The notes under the pieces were generated by a model that saw only the letters and a program-made list of their open reading frames with translations, had not been told where the DNA came from and searched no databases. A stretch of DNA of 64,000 nucleotides, taken from an uncultured delta proteobacterium (GTDB lineage: Bacteria; Desulfobacterota; Binatia; Binatales; Binataceae). This document shows, one piece after another, positions 61,935 to 64,000 of this stretch. The position numbers were made by a program, and so were the translations under genes. The stretch's first letter is position 1. Each line of letters starts with the position of its first letter. The stretch covers positions 384,001-448,000 of the forward strand of contig CAVXXK010000003.1 of the NCBI GenBank assembly GCA_963765675.1. The letters run 5' to 3'.

Positions 61935-62540
61935 TTAATTCGAGACGCGATTTGCGCGCAGCTCGGTTGCGACCAGGCGCAGCGCCTCGGGCAGAAACGC
62001 AAGGACCAAATGGCCCGCGCCCTCGAGCACGATCCGGCGCCCGAACGGCATGCTTTTCGCGATGATTCCGGCCGGCGCGGGCACTATCGGATCTTCGTCG
62101 CCGAAGATCGCGAGCTCGCTCTGCGCCCACTGGCCAAACAGGTACGGCGAACCCAGTGTCACGATCGAACGCACCGCTCCCCGCCGCGCGGTTAGCGCGT
62201 ACAAGCGCGCGATACTTCCGCCAAGGCTGTGCCCCACCAGATGCGCCCCGCCGGGCGCGATTTCATCGACCATCGCGGAGAGCTTCATTGCCGACGATGT
62301 GATCGTCTGGCTGCGCGGATACTCGAAGTAGGAAATATTGTCCATCCCTGAAAGACGCAGATAAGACGCGAGCGCGAGCAGGTTCGAGCGCCCGCCGCCG
62401 TAGCCGTGAATCAGGATCACCGGCTCTCCGGGCGCGGCGCATACTATCGCGGGCGCATTGCGCGCGATTCGGTCGAGCGGATATGACGCGAGCAGCGCGC
62501 CTGCCGCCGCGATTTCCTTCAGTACAGCACCTGTCTTCAT
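61935..62540 (-). CDS. Alpha/beta hydrolase (lipase-like)
   Basis: LIHGY, GHSLG, LGSP, D.IVP, GH. Confidence 0.85.
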   Translation of the reverse strand: MKTGAVLKEIAAAGALLASYPLDRIARNAPAIVCAAPGEPVILIHGYGGGRSNLLALASYLRLSGMDNISYFEYPRSQTITSSAMKLSAMVDEIAPGGAHLVGHSLGGSIARLYALTARRGAVRSIVTLGSPYLFGQWAQSELAIFGDEDPIVPAPAGIIAKSMPFGRRIVLEGAGHLVLAFLPEALRLVATELRANRVSN

Positions 62541-62702
62541 GTCTGCTGACCCTCCGCCGTTCCAGCCCTTAACTTAACCATCGTATGATCGCCCTATAAT
62601 GCGATGCGAGATGCGTTTGCCGCGACTCATGGTATCGGCGCACAATTCGCCCGTCAGACACCGGTGCTAAACGCGGCCAAGCCGGGCCGGGGAGAGGCAG
62701 CA

Positions 62703-63581
62703 ATGAACGACCAGGCATCGAAACGACCAGTCGGCGGATACTTTCGCGGCAAATCGATCGTCGTGACCGGAGCGTCGAGCGGAATCGGCGCTGACGTCGC
62801 ACTTGCCTTCGGTGAGCAAGGCGCCAACGTCGCGCTGCTCGCCCGGCGCACGCCGCCGCTTGAAGAGCTCGCCGCAAAGATCATCAAGGCGGGAGGCAAG
62901 GCGCTCGCGCTGCAATGCGACGTGACCGATCGCGCGCGGGTGTTCTGGGCGATCGAGCAGGCCCGCGACGCGTTCGGCGGCGTTGACGTTCTGATCAACT
63001 CGGCCGGCGTTCTGATCCCCGACCCGGTCGAGCAGATGCGGCCGGAAGATCTTGAGCGCATGATGACGACCAATCTGTACGGTGCGGTCCACGCGATGCA
63101 TGCCGTCCTGCCGATCATGCGGCGCGCCAAAGCCGGCAATATCGTCAACGTCGCATCGCTGGCAGGCCGGCGAGGTGTTAGTCCGCTTGGCGGTTACAGC
63201 GCGACCAAGTTTGCGCTAGTCGGACTGACCGAGGCGCTGCGCGTCGAGCTCTTCGGCTCTGGGGTTCATGTCTCGCTGGTGATGCCGGGAGTGATCGACA
63301 CCCCGATGGCGCGGATTGCGCAGAAGAGCTCGGAGTCACTCAAGGGGCTGCCGACCATGATGGCGATGCCCGCGCGATGGGTCACGTGGGCGATTCTTGC
63401 GGCCGCAACCTTTGGCCTGACCGAGGTTGACGTTCCTCCCGGTGCGGCAGTGGCGGAGAAGCTCGCGTCGCTGTTCCCTGGCGTCACCGACGCGATCATC
63501 AGTATGGGTTCGCGGATTCTGCAGGGCGCGACTGCAATCGCCGCGGGCGCGGCCAAACCTCCGCCGGGCAAGCAGCCATAG
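62703..63581 (+). CDS. SDR family oxidoreductase
   Basis: TGASSGIG, INSAG, YSATK. Confidence 0.92.
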   Translation: MNDQASKRPVGGYFRGKSIVVTGASSGIGADVALAFGEQGANVALLARRTPPLEELAAKIIKAGGKALALQCDVTDRARVFWAIEQARDAFGGVDVLINSAGVLIPDPVEQMRPEDLERMMTTNLYGAVHAMHAVLPIMRRAKAGNIVNVASLAGRRGVSPLGGYSATKFALVGLTEALRVELFGSGVHVSLVMPGVIDTPMARIAQKSSESLKGLPTMMAMPARWVTWAILAAATFGLTEVDVPPGAAVAEKLASLFPGVTDAIISMGSRILQGATAIAAGAAKPPPGKQP

Positions 63582-63597
63582 TAGAAGTAGGATTTCT

Positions 63598-63999
63598 CTA
63601 CATAAAGTAGGGCTTGGCCAGCTCGTCAAAGTCGCCGTACATCAACCATACGTTCGCGTTGTCTACGTACGGATATTTGACCGGCGCCTTGCCCACCGTC
63701 TTGAGCCCGAGTTGCTTGTACAGTTCATAGAGCGGCTCGACCGGGTTGGTAATGATCAGTTTCGGTCGGCGCGAAAACAGAAACAGCTTCGCCGTATCCG
63801 AGAGCGCGCGCATCAAGCCTTTGCCCTGAAAGGTCGGATCGACCACCATCCCGCCGAACTCCCACACATCCTCGGAATAGATCCCCTTAAAAATCTGTGG
63901 CGGATACAGATGCCCCAGCGTGAGCGGCGCGTCCGCAAGGCATCGCGCCCAGAACGCGGCTACCAGGGGCGGCCGTTTTTTCTCCTGCCCCGGCTTCAG
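63598..63999 (-). CDS. GNAT/acyl-synthase-like protein, C-terminal part (runs off right edge)
   Basis: Open frame to the edge: ...EDVWEFGGMVVDPTFQGKGLMRAL...LYKQLG. Confidence 0.6.
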   Translation of the reverse strand: MKPGQEKKRPPLVAAFWARCLADAPLTLGHLYPPQIFKGIYSEDVWEFGGMVVDPTFQGKGLMRALSDTAKLFLFSRRPKLIITNPVEPLYELYKQLGLKTVGKAPVKYPYVDNANVWLMYGDFDELAKPYFM

Positions 64000-64000
64000 G

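Noticed and set aside
1-64000. CRISPR array, rRNA, transposase or integrase
   Set aside because: No regularly spaced direct repeats, rRNA-like sequence or recognisable transposase/integrase motifs seen

Overview
High-GC bacterial chromosome segment. The gene style resembles uncultured Deltaproteobacteria-like lineages such as Ca. Binatota, but this is inference only. (1) 1-10.7 kb is a visibly lower-GC block ending at the 3' end of tRNA-Arg(CCT). It holds transketolase and an NsrR-controlled nitrite/NO cluster: nirK, a cupredoxin, four hemerythrin/DUF2249 proteins, a DUF59 Fe-S factor, a ferredoxin, GNAT, PAS, cupin and membrane proteins, with a near-consensus NsrR box. (2) 11-33 kb holds mixed housekeeping genes, tricorn protease, folC, accD and a complete trpEGDCFBA operon preceded by an unannotated Trp-rich leader peptide and attenuator. 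(3) 33.0-36.5 kb is a lower-GC four-gene insert: an ImmA/IrrE-like HExxH peptidase plus an XRE regulator, divergent from a GNAT/acyl-synthase-like gene and a DDxxD isoprenoid-synthase-like gene. This is the best candidate for an undescribed system. (4) 36.5-64 kb holds SPOR-argS, a large SBBP surface protein, secreted accessory genes, recD2, MATE, GT-C, an APC permease, folD, gcvT-gcvPA-gcvPB (no gcvH), a ~275-bp REP-like giant inverted repeat, mobA and SDRs. At least 10 genes, including essential argS, are broken by small indels, most likely assembly errors. All family calls come from motif reading; no database search was run.
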